Positions 1 through 13,674 of a stretch of 64,000 nucleotides of DNA are shown one piece after another. The DNA lies in NCBI RefSeq assembly GCF_009914755.1, contig NC_060935.1; one strand, written 5' to 3'. Below the pieces are notes generated by a model that had not been told where the DNA came from, ran no database searches, and was given only the letters and a program-made list of their open reading frames with translations. Source of the stretch: the human T2T-CHM13v2.0 reference genome, Homo sapiens. Within the stretch, counting starts at the first letter, position 1; the number at the start of each line of letters is the position of its first letter. A program made the translations under genes and the position numbers.

Positions 1-39
1 TCCCTGGCCTGTGCGCGTGGACGCGGGGTCCCTACTCAC

Positions 40-122
40 AGCCACTTGATGCCATAGCACACGCCGGTCTGGAGCGCCAGGGCGAAGAGCAGCGCCTCGC
101 AGACCTGCGGCCGCGCCCTCAT
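40..122 (-). CDS. WNT11: WNT11 first coding exon (83 nt, signal peptide region); the rest of the gene lies left of the window
   Basis: The reverse complement from ATG at 122-120 translates [27 protein letters not shown](L), which I recognise as the N-terminus of human Wnt-11. Kozak -3 is A (ACGATGA). The exon ends in phase 2 at the donor CT|GTGAGT (intron starts at 39). Confidence 0.97.
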
Positions 123-213
123 CGTCGCGCGGCGGGCGCGCCCGGGGTCACACCCAGGAGGAGCCGCGCCGAAGTCCTCCGCCTGCACGGCCGCCGCTGG
201 TCCTGCACGCCGC

Positions 214-248
214 CTGCAGCCGGGGAGAGCGGAGGCGGCGGGTTAAGG
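214..248 (-). other. WNT11: Candidate splice acceptor into the WNT11 first coding exon
   Basis: The minus strand reads CCTTAAC (branch-like, 248-242), then a C/T-rich tract CCGCCTCCGCTCTCCCC, then GGCTGCAG|G with the exon starting at 213. Confidence 0.55.
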
Positions 249-290
249 CGGCGCGCGGGCGGGGGAGGCGTTTTATTCAAATTACAAAGG
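245..290 (-). promoter_or_regulatory. WNT11: WNT11 proximal promoter: TATA-like ATAAAA and TCF/LEF-type site
   Basis: Minus-strand ATAAAA at 276-271, CTTTGTA at 289-283 (fits CTTTGWW) and GC boxes at 251-270. This is an AT-rich patch inside the CpG island, ~150 nt upstream of the ATG. Confidence 0.6.
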
Positions 291-795
291 AGGGGTCGGG
301 GCCCGGGGAGGCCGAGCGCGGCGGGCGTCCCCTCCCGCTCCGCCCGGCCGGGGGACGCGTCCCGCGCCTGGCTCGAATTAGGCGCGGCCGAAGGCGTGTC
401 TCCCAGCGTGGCCCCGGGCCCCAACGCGCCTTCGAGCCCCTCTGGCCGGGGCAGCCGGAAGGAGGGACAGGAGGCGGCAGAACCGGAGACCCCAGGAGAG
501 ACCGGGCAGACACAGCGAGAGGGAGAAGGACGCTCAGAGGACAAGGCTGAGAGCCACGGAGACAGAGGGGGAAACCCGGACAGACGCAACCTGGGACGGA
601 AAGGAGAGGAATGAGGAATCAGGAGTCCAGGCGAGGCAGCAGAGTCGAGGACCCGGAGCTGGGGCTTATCCCTGCAATATTGAGCATTAGTTAATAGGGC
701 CTCGGCAATTCTCCTTCCCAAACGTGTTTCAGTTTACCTCCTCAGTAAGCTGGGGCAATTCGGGCACAATTCCGCTTTTATAAAGAACGTTCCCT

Positions 796-1210
<415 letters not shown>

Positions 1211-2671
1211 AGGGAGCGGCAAGCCGGGTGTCCGGCGAAATCAGGAAATGGGGCTTGCTCGGGGCCCTGCTTTCTCGGTGTGGGAAGGGGAGGATGGGAA
1301 ACGGGATGGTAGGGCTCTTTGTACAGTGAGGATTCCGAGTCTCCAAGTCCGTCTTTAGCCGCTCCACTTTGGAGGGTGGGAGTGGAAGCATGCGGGCTGG
1401 GACTGGGCAGCCCCGCCTTAGCGAAGCGGGGAAGCTCGCGGGGCTGGCGCGGTGTTGCCTCTGGCCTCCAGGCGGCGCCCTCGGGCCGCGGAGGAGAGGC
1501 TGCCCCGCCCGCCCGCAGCCCGCGGAGCAGCTATCTCCGCTTTTTTTCTCCTTCACTTCATTCTCACCTCATTAACTCCCTTCCCAGCTTCTCCCAAATT
1601 TACCAACACCTGGCGTTCGCCCGGAGTCAGACACAGCCCCAGCCCCTCTCCCCTCGGGAGGAGCAGAGACAAAGGGATTCCTTTCTAAGGGTTTGGGGAG
1701 TTGGAAAAGGAGGCGCCCACGGTAGTGGGGGCGCTGGAGCAGAAAAGGGACGTTCTTATCTGGCTCTGTGAGCTTGGGCAAGCCCTCAGCCACCCCAGCC
1801 TCGGTGTCCCCTTCCATAAGAACGAGGAATGGGGCTTCGCCGTGCGTCCCCCGAGGACCCCGTCTCCCTGCAGCCTGCGGGGCTCAGCGCCCCTCTGCTA
1901 TTTGCACCGCGACGCCACCTGCGTGGCGCGTTCCTGCGCGTGGGTAGTCAGCACGCAGAGATGGGAAGCCCCACTGTTTTCTGGAGCCTGTCGGCAAAAC
2001 CCACAGGAAGGCGAGGAGAAGCCTGGATCGTACAGTTTTTTTCCTCCGCAGAGCCCCGCAGCTAGCGCCCAGCACAGGGGCGCCTGCGACAAACATGCCG
2101 TCAAGGCTGGGGGTCTCAGAGGGGTTCTCGGTGTAACCCAGTCCCGTCCTCCCACCCAGCCTGTATCCAAATCCTTTGTCTTCCTGGTCCTGCAAGTTTC
2201 TTGCACTTCTCAGAACGAGAAAAATATCCGCTGGATATGGAGGGGGGAATCAAAACTCCAGTCACCGTCTTCCCCTCTCCCAAAGTGCGCCGCCCCCCGA
2301 AGGCACCCGGCATTCCTGGGTGGGGAGGGGGCGGGGGCTGCAAGAGGACGGAGGCGCGCGGACTCACAGCGGGGGATCTGTGTCCAGCCTGGTCTCCCAG
2401 GGAGAGGAGGAGCCCCCTAGGTCGCACAGCGGACGGGGACCCAGGCCTCCAGCCCCGCCCAGCTCTTTCGGTGCAGCCCCGGCTGTCCCAAGGCTCTCCC
2501 TCCGCCGCCCAAGCTCGTCGCGCGGGGAGGCAGCGCCTGGCCCGAGCCTCTGGGTCCTGACGGACTGTTCCTGTCCCTTGTACGAGCGCCCGGGACAGCC
2601 GCGCAGGCCACGGGGTCACCTTCCGCCTGAGCTCGCGGGTCAGGGTGCACGCGCCTCCTGAAGCCCCCAGC

Positions 2672-2685
2672 CCGCCAGGGGGCGC
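2672..2685 (+). promoter_or_regulatory. CTCF core motif
   Basis: CCGCCAGGGGGCGC, a near-consensus CTCF core. Confidence 0.55.
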
Positions 2686-4187
2686 TAAGCCGGGGCTCGA
2701 GGAGGGGGGAATCGCGGCTGCCTCCTGCGTCGCGGGCTGGGGTCAAGTCCTCTTCCTGGGCCCCCGCTTCTCCGTCTGGGGATGGGACGACGTGTCGAGG
2801 GAGTGCCCCCTGTGTCCTGGTCGTTCTATAGGACACTTGCCGTGGGCCGCCCTGACCTGCCCGGCCCCTTGCTTGGGGCCGGGCGCGTAGTGGGCCGCGC
2901 CAGGCGTAGCACCTTTGGAGAGCGAGCGGTCACCTCCTCGAAGTTGGTCCGAGCTACCCTGCCTGCAGCGGGCCCGGGAGGCGGCCGCCTGGGGCTGTGC
3001 ACAGGGAGAACACCACGAGCGCAGCGCCGCAGCCCAGCGCCGCCAACAGATGGTCATAGGCCCGGTCTGTGGAGGACTCTGGAAAGCCGGCCGCTGGGAC
3101 CAGGCCACGCCGGCCCGGCGAGGACTTGCGGGGTCCCCCCTACCCCGACGCCCCACGGGCACCGTGCACCGGGGCCGATTGTCCGCGCGGCGCGCAAGGT
3201 CGGCACGGGCGGGTCCCGAAGCCTCCCGCCACGCAGCTCACGGAGCTGACCCCGCCAACCAGGGACGCCGAGCGACGGCTTCAAGGTTACCTGCGGGGCG
3301 GGGCGAGGCCGGGCCTGCCACCCGGCTTTGACCCCAGCCGTGAGGCTTTCGAGAGACGTCTGCTTGGCTGCGCACGCGGCGCCGGGTCACCCGGGAGACG
3401 GGTTGTTTTGGAAGTGGGAAGGGTGGGTGGGAGCACTCGAGATCCCTCCTGCTAACCCCCTGGAGCCGGACCCTGCACGCCCAGGGCCTTGAGGGACACC
3501 GAGGCACTTCAGCCCCGGGGGTGGGAGGCGTGGAGCTCGTGCGCGAGCTCAGCCAGATGTTCCGGGCGGTTGCAGATGTGCCTCGGGGCCGGGGACAGGA
3601 CTTTCCTCCTCCCTAGCCCCCAGCCTGGAGCTCAGGTCAGTAAACAAACTCGGTTCTCCCCCTCCCCCCGCCGCCCCTGGGACCCGTTCTCAAAGCCAGG
3701 CTTCTGCCCCCATCCCCAATTTACTAGGCGCTGCCGCATTTCTTTGCCTTTTGCCACCCTTTCCCCCCGCCCACCACACACACCCTCTGTCGCGGGATCC
3801 AAGTCCCCCACCCCCGGGGGTGGCTCGGGCATGACCTCATCCGCCGAACGACTGGGAAGGAGGGGGTCGCCTGGGGTGCGGGGGCAGAAGAGGGGGGCCG
3901 GGCCGGGAAAGTTCGAGGAGGGCCGCAGGAACTGCACAACCCACCACCGTCCCGCGTGCCCCTAAACCCCGCGTCCCCAGGCTCCCGAGGCTTCGCTCCG
4001 CAAAGGGGAACTCTTCGGAGTGCTGCGGGGGAAAGGTATGGAGGAGCGCTTGGTTTGCTTACCCGGGAGTGGGTGCCCAAGGGGGTCGTGGCGGGTGCGA
4101 GAAGCGTCGTCCCCCTCGGACTCGGGCGCCCCCAGCCCTGGCGGGTCCCCGCTGAGCGGCTGCCCGCTGCCCGCGACCACTGCTCAC

Positions 4188-4475
4188 CTCCCGGGGCGCT
4201 CGCCAGGCGCGCCCTGCGTGCCCGGGTGCCCCGGCCTGCCCAGGGAGCGGCGAGTGCGGTTTCCAGCGGGCCCGTGCGCACTCCGGCTGGGCGAGCGGCG
4301 AAGGCGCCCTCTTCGTGAAGCGGCGCGAGAAGGACGCCGGGGATCCTGGCAAGCTGCGGCCGGCTCAGGACCCGCGCGGAGTCAGGCGCGGACTCCGGCT
4401 GCTCTCTGCTGCGCTCAGCTCCCGTGGCCTGTGCTCGCCGCTCGCCCGAGCTCTCCTCCTCGCCTGGCGCGATCT
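4188..4475 (-). other. WNT11: Candidate non-coding upstream first exon of WNT11
   Basis: It begins ~25-30 nt downstream of a minus-strand TATAAA (4504-4499), ends at the donor GAG|GTGAGC (intron from 4187) and contains no ATG. An alternative donor CGG|GTAAGC lies at 4062. Confidence 0.5.
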
Positions 4476-4498
4476 CCGGCGCGAGCCTCCCAAACTGC

Positions 4499-4662
4499 TT
4501 TATAAGGCGGGCGGCCGCTTTGATCCGCCCACGTCAGCGCGTCGCAACCCCACCGGGTGGCCCCGGCCGCGCGCGGGGGGCGGGGGCGGGGTCCCCGCGG
4601 ACGCCACTGACCGGCGGCGCCCGCCGCTCCAGAGAACTTAGTACTCTGTCGAGTTACAAAGG
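4499..4662 (-). promoter_or_regulatory. WNT11: WNT11 distal promoter: TATA box, TCF/LEF sites, CRE/UPRE-like site, GC boxes
   Basis: TATAAA (minus, 4499-4504), CTTTGAT (4518-4524), TGACGTGG (minus, 4529-4536), GGGGCGGG repeats (4575-4591) and CCTTTGTAA (minus, 4654-4662). Confidence 0.7.
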
Positions 4663-5459
4663 GGGACTCGCTCACTACAGCTGGTGTTTACTAAGCGTGC
4701 GTGCTGCGTGCCTGCGACACGCGTGGGGCCCGGGTAAGGCCCATCTCGAATCGTCGCAGCAACCAGGCAAGGAGCCTCAACTGGCAGGGGGAAGTCAGAC
4801 TTGGGTCTCAGTCTGGAGCCGGGGCATCCTTAGGTGTTGGTCGCGCAGCGTGGTTACTGTAGACGTCTGAGGTCCCGAAACCTGCCTTCGTGTCCTAGTC
4901 CTGGTCCTTCGGGGGGCCATCTCTTCTGGCCTCTGGTTCCAGTTGTGGAAAAGGAATCAACGATCCTGCAAGAGAAAGAGACACGAGGACTCCGCGCTAC
5001 AAAGCCCGCTGTAAACCTTAGGTGTGGAGCTGGGCGGCGTCCCAGCCGTTGGGGTGACTGCTGGGGAGTGTTCTGGACACAGGGGAGGGGGAGCAGAGGA
5101 GGACTGGGTTTCCTAAGTTAAAGGAGCCTAGAGAGGCACCTCCTGCGTCGAGTAGCCCAGGCGTGTGGTGCTTCTGGACCCCCTCACTTGGCCTCCCCTG
5201 AGCAGACCAGCTGCTTACCCCACAACATGACTGCGATTTCTAACTGCCCATCGGGTGCTGTGGGTTCATCCATGTCTCCCCCTCCTTCTAGGGGCCTCAA
5301 TCCCAGGACGTCCTCAAGGATAACTGGTTCATTAGCAGAAAGGGAAATGGAGACTTAGTGAGGACACGGAGCCTGTCTCAGGTCCCCCAAAATGCCTGAC
5401 ATTCTTTTCCCCATTCTTTGCAGCTGCAGATGAAGTGGCACTCCTAGGCTGCCCCACAC

Positions 5460-5830
5460 CCAGCTACAGGTACCTCCACATACAACACAAACATCTGGGC
5501 CCACAGTGCCCATAGCAGCCTCCCAGCCATACCAGTACTCCCACACAGCCAGTCCTCACACACAGGCTGGGGCATATCACCCCGCATATGGTTACAAACA
5601 CACTCGGGAGATACCAGGACATATCATCTGCCCTCACACACAGTAGCACAGAGGTGTGAAATGGCCGTACACACATCATGAAGGGGAGGCTGCACACAGA
5701 CCACCTGCGCGCACACAGTTCAGGTGCAAACATGCGTGAGCTTCCATGCACACACAGCTCCCAAGTGTACAATGCCTAACATGTACTTCTGCACACAATC
5801 ACAGGGATATCCTTTGGAACATACGCTGGG
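5460..5830. repeat. Degenerate CA-rich low-complexity region
   Basis: Many ACAC/CACACAG runs. Confidence 0.5.
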
Positions 5831-6164
5831 ACACCCCCATCTCTCATGCCAGAACACTGGGGCAATCTGATCAAAAAAGCAGTGGAAAGACAGTGGGCTT
5901 GGGGCATTGAGGAAGGGAAGGCGGGGGCTATTCCACCTAAGAGGCAGAGAGCAAAGGCCTCCGGGGGCCCAAGAATGTCTTCAGCTCCCCTGCCCCAGGC
6001 CCCCCGGCCACTTCAGTCAGAGCCATTCCAGGTGGTCTCTGTCTGATTGGGATGCGCACCCTCTGCCCGTTTAAGAGGCTCAGTCAGTTGCCTCCAAACA
6101 TTTGCAGCAGTCCTGCCAGAAATCCCCTCTGGCTCCCGGCTAGAGTAGAAATGGAAGAATTTGG

Positions 6165-6410
6165 AGTCATGTAAACTTGGATTCCAATACAGATTTTGCC
6201 CAATTTTATTTTTAGCTGTGTAATCTTGAGCAAGTTGCTTAAATTCCCCAAGACTTAGTTTTCTCACCCACAAAATGGGAATAATACAATCCCATGGAAT
6301 CCTCTACTTCTCCAAGATCAGGATTAGTATTCCCATTTCACAGATGTGGAAGCTGAGGCTCAAAAGGGAGCTGATATATGAACCCAGATCTCTGGCTCAG
6401 ACTCCACTAT
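6165..6410. mobile_element. Two MIR fragments in opposite orientation
   Basis: TAGCTGTGTAATCTTGAGCAAGTTGCTTAA...AAAATGGGAATAATA, followed by CCCATTTCACAGATGTGGAAGCTGAGGCTCA. Confidence 0.65.
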
Positions 6411-7688
6411 GGCTGGTGGCTCCCAGTGAACACATGGGGGAAGGATAGTGACTTTCCATTGTCTTGTGGGGAGTTGAAGGAAACCAGCAGAACATCCCAT
6501 ACTCCTGAAGCTCAGCCCTGCCCCCTCCTGCCACCTGCCAGCTACTCAGCTGTGTCCTGTGGATCAGGACCCAGGCATCAGCTAGGGCTGGAAACCTGCC
6601 TGGGGAGGGGAGTAGGGGGAAGGGCTATGAGAAAGTGTTGCCAAAAGCTTGCATTGAAAATCAAGGGAGACTTGGGGTGAGGGTCTGCCCCTCCCTGCAC
6701 CCAAGTCTCTCCATTTGCATAATAGGCAGTAATTGAGAAGAATTTTGTTTTCATCTTTAGAACCAACTGACCTACCCCCTTGCCGTCCCTTCTACTTCCC
6801 TCTGTCCAGTCCTCCTCAAGGGCCACTGTGTATCTGGCTTGTGCTGGCCACCTGGGCTGCAGGCTCCTCTTCAGAGGGGATGAGGCCCCATGCCCCTGGC
6901 TGCTGCTGCTGTGGACGTGGATGTGAATATATCTTTCTTCTCAATCAGCCCAGGCGATTCTGGTGATCTGATCACCCAGACATGCTGGGGGCTTCCTGTC
7001 AGCTGGCTTCTCAGCCCCTGCCTGACTGCCATTGGCCAGGGGCACACCCCTTTCCCCCCACCCCCGTCCTGTACCCACCCTGCCCAGGGAGGCACCCAGG
7101 CTGAAAGGACATGGAGGTAAGGGCGGACAAAGTTCCGTTCGCCTTGCTGACCTTGAGGGAGCCCTCTGCCCACTTCAGCTTCCTTCCCTTGAGGCCAAAA
7201 CCTTGGTGGAGATGGTGGGGGGCAGTCACCTGTTTGCAGGGGCACCAGATGGGGGTGCAGGAAAACTGGTTGCAGTCCTGAGCCCCGTCACTAGTTTGCT
7301 GTGTGATGGCAGGTAGTTTTTTTGCTTTGTCTGAGCCCCAGTCGCCCATCTATAAGTGAAGGGTTGAACCTCTAAGGGCCTTTTCAGCTCTAGAACCCAC
7401 ACATCTTGGGGCTCCTGACCCAAGAATGCTGTGTGACCACAACCCCAGATGTCCCCCCCAATGCCTTCTCTGTCTTCCCTAAGCCCACTACCCCTACTCA
7501 GACCTCAGCACTTTATCCCTCCCACAACAACAAAGGCTTTTCCAGAGAAAGCCAAAAGCAGCCAGTAAGGAGAAGGGTCAAGATCACGCACCCTGGGCCA
7601 CGACTTTGTGGTGTGTGAAGGGGGGATGTGGTGGGGCACCGCTCAGCTCACCGCTATCGCTTCACCAAGGGACTCAAAAGAGAGTGAC

Positions 7689-8197
<509 letters not shown>

Positions 8198-8242
8198 TCA
8201 CCACCAAACCAGCCTGTGCCATAGGACGAGCCATGAATGTGA

Positions 8243-8622
<380 letters not shown>

Positions 8623-9494
8623 CAGAACCATTTTTTGAGATCCCTCATCCTGGTCCTGGACACATCTCGAGGGAGGGCAGGGCAGGGCAGAGGCCGTCAT
8701 CACCATTTCCCATTTCTCATTGGTTACAATGAGACTAAAGCGTACTGCTTCCACCACCAGGGTGCTTTTAGAAAGGCCTTTCTGAGAAGACACATGAACA
8801 GGGGGTCTGAGCAGAGGAACCCAGCCCAGCTGTTTCTGGCATGCCCTGTGAGGCCAGATCTTCCAGGCAAGGGTGGGGTAAGGGGACAAAATAGCAGCAG
8901 GCCTGTCATCAGAGCACCTGGGCCTGGCTGTCAGACTCACCTCCTCCACTTACCCACCGAGGGACTCCGGGGAAGTCACTCAGCCTCTGGGATCCTTAGT
9001 TTCATCATCTGCAAAACAGAAAGCCACGAAACCACTCCTTCTCGATGTTATTGAGAAATAATGTTGTAAGAAGTCATATTGGTTGAACAAGCACCTACTG
9101 TGTGCTAGGCAGTTTCTGTGCCTATGCCTGAGACAGGCATTGCTCTGCAGATAAGCACACTGGGCCAGGTCTGTCAGGTAATTCATACAAGATCTCTCTG
9201 TCAGTGAGTGGGCCTGGCTGCAAACCCCGGGTCTGTGGGTTTCTGGAACCTCTGCCCACTGCCCAGGGTAGGGTATGTCTTCCTCCTCCCCTTCAGTTAC
9301 CTCAGGGGAGGTATTGTTATTTTACAGGGCTCAGGGAGCAGGCCTGGGGGCACCACGGAGAGATGGGAGGTGTCTTTCCTGGGTGCACATAACAAAATGC
9401 CACCCGTCATGTCTACTGAGGGCGTCACATCTGAAAGCCTGCTTTCAACTCTCAGTTGTTTAATCATGGTGGTGGCTGCTCAGGAGACAATGTG

Positions 9495-9960
9495 TGTGTT
9501 TCTCAGGCCTCTTTCAGCTCCAGGAGAGAAGAAACCCAACCCCAACCAGCTTCAACACCAGAGAAACTGGTTCCTGCAGGAGAAACTGGGGTGGCTGGTG
9601 GCCCTACTGCACTCAGGAGGGCTCAGGGCTGGTGCTGGTCCCCTGGAGATGCTGTGCTGTCTCAAACTCACTTCTCCTTCTTCCTCCTCTCTTTGAACTC
9701 ACCCGGGCCTCATTTCTCCCCATTGGGATGCAGCCACCAACAGCCCCAGTTAGAAATTCCAGTCAAATGAGACCTCTGTCTCCTTGGGCCTCTGAATCAG
9801 TCCCAGGGAAGGCGGCTGATTGGCCTTGTTTGAGTCACGCACTCTCCCTCTGATGGACATCTGTTATTGCCACGGGAAACTGGCTCTGGGCATGGCTGGG
9901 TGCAGTGCCTGTCACCAGAAGAGGAGGCATAGGAAGCAGTGGGCCACAGGGGCATTTGTG
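9495..9960 (-). mobile_element. Old MaLR LTR (MLT1J/K-like)
   Basis: CTCTTTCAGCT...AGAAACCCAAC...CAGCTT at the start and TGATTGGCC...GAGTCAC motifs, typical of antisense MLT1J/K. Confidence 0.55.
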
Positions 9961-10284
9961 TCAGGATGGCAGTTTCTTTTATGGTTGGGCCTCTGCTTCT
10001 CTGATATGTGTACAAATCAGCGTCTCTGCACCTGGGAGAAGAGAGGCGGCATTGTCTGAGTTTCACCCCATCACACGCACACACAGGGCCAGAGACCTAC
10101 CATGCTCAGTGCCCCGACTGTACACATAGAGAAACTGACGCCGAGAGAGGGGTCGCACATCACTCGGTTAGTGGTGCAGGAGACAGATATCAGGTCTCCT
10201 GACATCCAGGCATAAGCCATGCAGTTATTTGTCACTGGTTCTGAAGCCTTTCTGAGCAGGCCAGTGAGGCAGCTTTTTAGTAGC

Positions 10285-10678
10285 ACCAATTCCTCCCATC
10301 CCAGAACATAAAGACTCTTTGGAATGTGACTCCATGCAAAAGCGAAGGCTCTGTCCCCACCCCTCCATCTGGGCTGACCTCATGGCTTGCTTGACTAGTA
10401 GATGTAGCCTGTGTTCTGCTGCCCAGGACTCGGGGCCTTGCAGCTTCTGCCTTCACCCTGTTGGGGCCCAGCCCAGCTGCAAGGTCAGAAGCCCAGGCTG
10501 GGGCAGAGAGAGGCCTTGCTGTATCGGCTGGCCCATCAGTCAAATGCAGCCACGCGAGCGAGCCCAACAAGGTCAGCAGAGCTGCTGGGTCAGCCCACAG
10601 AAGCACGAGAGTCAATTATGGCTTTAAACTACTAAATCTTGACATGGTTTGTTATGTAGCAATAGAGACAAGAAGCAG
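10285..10678 (+). mobile_element. MaLR LTR (MLT1G/H/I-like)
   Basis: The 3' end TTTAAACTACTAAATCTTGACATGGTTTGTTATGTAGCAATAG is typical of MLT1 LTRs. Confidence 0.65.
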
Positions 10679-11214
10679 CCAGGCTTAAAGAGTGAAAAAG
10701 CTAAATATATACACAATTATTTGTCTAATGTCATTTCAGAATCTTAGAATCTTACCGTTGGGCCACCCCCTCTCATAACCCCAAGGTGCTGGCCACCAGA
10801 GGCCCTGTAATGTCTCCACTGATCTGGGGCAGCATGTGGCCAGTGATAGCTCTGTCATGTGCTGCTATGTCCCCAGTACTGCACCAGGGCTGGACAAACA
10901 GTAATTGCTCCAAAGTTGCCAGGGATTGGAGCTCACTCCCTCCAGGATGGTGTCTTCCATTATGAATGGCTCTGTCTTGGAGAAGATCCTCCTCCGTCTA
11001 GAGCAGAGACCTCTGATTCCCCCAGGGGTCCTGGCTGTCTTCCTGGGGTCCCCTCTTATATAGGATAGCCTTAGGCACATCACGATGGTCCCTAGCATTA
11101 CAAAGCAGCACAACCTCACTTAATAACAAGTATTTTTATGTACATGGTGTCCCCGGACACAGATATAACCCTAAGGGAAGTGCTTCCACCTGGCCCTAAA
11201 ACAAGCATGGGCTC

Positions 11215-11410
11215 TGGATCACACAGTTTGGGGTTGCAACTCGAAAGCAACTTCTGTTTGGCCTTGGAAGAGACACTTCATGTCTCTGAGCCTCAGTTTT
11301 CTCACCTGAAAAATAGGAGGAGTGAAATTTATTGCCTGGGTTGCTGTGGGGCTTAAAGGAGAGATGATGTATGTAAAATGCTCAGCACGTAATCGGTCCT
11401 TGATAAAGGT
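11215..11410 (+). mobile_element. MIR
   Basis: TCTCTGAGCCTCAGTTTTCTCACCTGAAAAATAGG...GTATGTAAAATGCTCAGCAC. Confidence 0.75.
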
Positions 11411-11489
11411 TAGTTCCTTTTCTGCCAGGTACGTAAACAGTTCCAGATGGAGAGCTCATCTGTACTTAGCATTCATGTCTATATAAATA

Positions 11490-11800
11490 ATGTGCAGGTG
11501 GGAGAGGAATTGTCAGGTGGCCGGGGAAGGGGGAGGGCGTTCCCAGCAGGGGAACAGTGTAAGCAAAGACAAGAAGAAGTTTGCTTTCAGAGAAGGGTAA
11601 GTGGGTGGTTCGGTGCTGCTGGCATGAAGAGCAACAGGAGGGAGAATAACGGGAGAGGAAGCCAGGCCCATGCCACGGAGGGCCTTCAGTGCTGGGCTAG
11701 GGAGCTTGGGCTTTGCCAAGAGAGACATGGAGGAGGTCTGAAGAGGGAAGGGGTAAGGTCAGGTTTGGGATTCAAGTCTGGGGCAGGTCTGGGGTTGGAT
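11490..11800 (-). mobile_element. L2 fragment
   Basis: TTCCCAGCAGGGGAACAGTGTAAGCAAAG and AGGGCCTT...AGGGAGCTTGGGCTTT are L2 3'-region motifs. Confidence 0.55.
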
Positions 11801-12289
11801 GGGGAGGTGAGGGGAGATGGAGCTCCTGGAAGCCTATGAGGGGAAAGTGGGGTAGCAGCAGGAATGACTTGGGCTAGTGGAGGGGAGGGACAGCCTGGCC
11901 ACTAATGCAGCAGCTGAGCCACCTGCATGGACACATCTGTTGTGGGAAGCAGGGCCCTTAGTCCTCTGGTCTAGCACCTCTGCTCTGCATCTTCAGTGCC
12001 AAGCCCTGTTGGGAAGAGCACTTTTTCTGTCCTTTTCAATCCAGGAACAGACTGTGAGAGGGAGAAGACCTGGGCTAGATCTGTAGCCAGAAGGATGCGG
12101 GGTAGACCAGAGGGGAACTGACTTACCTGTCTGTTTGGTGGGGATTCAGAGAAGTCCCTCTCAAGGTCCGTTTGCTCATTTTATTAACCATCCCAGACCT
12201 CAAGTTGAGCTTTCCAGTTTTCTAAGCCCTGCCACAGTTATGGGCAGGCTCCTTTGAGACTTGCCACTGGCTTGAGAGGGAGGCTGGGC

Positions 12290-12415
12290 AGAGGTGATTA
12301 GCTCTGTTGTTAAGATGGGGAGACCTAGGCCCAGAGAGGGCAAGTGACTTACCCAAGACCACACAGCAAGTGCATGGCAGAGCTACCCTGGAACCCAGTT
12401 CTCCTGCCTCCCACT
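12290..12415 (-). mobile_element. MIR
   Basis: AGGCCCAGAGAGGGCAAGTGACTTACCCAAGACCACACAGC. Confidence 0.75.
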
Positions 12416-13674
12416 AACATCCTAGTTCCTTTCCATGGCACTGAGGGACAGGCAGGACGTTCTCACTTACCTGCTCTGGGTGAAGAGTGAGGAGAGCCAG
12501 AGAGAGGTTGACAGCCATCAGCAGACAACACTTAACCCAAACTGACAATTTAATTGTGAAAATGTGGACGAGGTATAGTTATGTGCAAGGAAATCCAGAC
12601 GGTCTGGGCCCCTGGGGAGCCTCGGCCAGCACCCCAGTTGCCAGGGAAACAGGAGAGGGTTGTGGATGATGTCACTAGACTCTGAGCCGAGGCTGAGGTA
12701 TGGGGGTGGGCTCTCCATCCACCTCTTTGGGGCTGTAGGCTCTCATCCTCACGTTTAACCCCTTCTCTTACAGATGGGAAAACGAGAGCTCCAGGGAGAG
12801 GTGGTGACTTGCCCAAGGTCACACAGGGAATCAGTGCCTGAGCTATCCTTGTTCAGGGCGCCATGTTGATTCACCTAGCCAGGCTGCAGGCCCTTGAGGG
12901 CAGGCTGGGTCAGAGTCACCTGAGTCCTCAAGCCCAGCACAGGGCCTTGAGAAGGGCAGATGTTCAACTCTGTGTTAAGGGCTGCTCGATCCCTTTAAAA
13001 AACAGGGAGTGTGGGAGGTGACACTGTTGACTTCCTAGCAGCCTTAGATGAGCAGGAATCCTGAGCAGTCATGCGGAGCTGTCACTGGTTCAGGGATCAT
13101 TGAGCTCAGAGAGGGCAGGTCACCAGGCCAGAGTCAACCAGCAGGTTGGGGCAGTGCTGGGCTGACCCTGAGTTCAGGACTCCTAGAGGTCAACTCCCCT
13201 CTCATGCCCCACAGATATGACATCTTCTATAATCCTTACCCGGGAGGAGTCATCTCTCTCACTGCCTTTCCCCATAACCCTGGTGCAGGGGTCTGGGCCT
13301 TGAGAAGCTCCCACTGTCTGAAGCATTTTCTCAGAATCCTCAGCTTCTGACTTGAAGCTAAACATCGACCCACCCAAAGCATCAATAACAATGACAATGA
13401 CCACCCTTACCACAACCCCCTACTATGCACTAGGCTCTGGGCTATCACTCTATTGCCCTTATCTCAAATATTTACAACTCTATGGGCTGGGATTTTTGTT
13501 TTCACTTTGCAGTCAGGAAAAATGAGGCTCTGGGAGGTCCCTTGCCCACCTGCACACAGCCAGAAAGTGAAAAAGCTGGGTCTTGAACCCTAGGCCACTC
13601 TGCATCCAAACACCATGACTGCCTTTTCCCCTGGCTAGCGGATCATTCCCACAATGGCCTGAATGCTTATGGGA

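Noticed and set aside
242-248. CCTTAAC as a U12-type branch site
   Set aside because: It is ~29 nt from the AG, and I saw no RTATCCTT donor. The candidate donors are U2-type.
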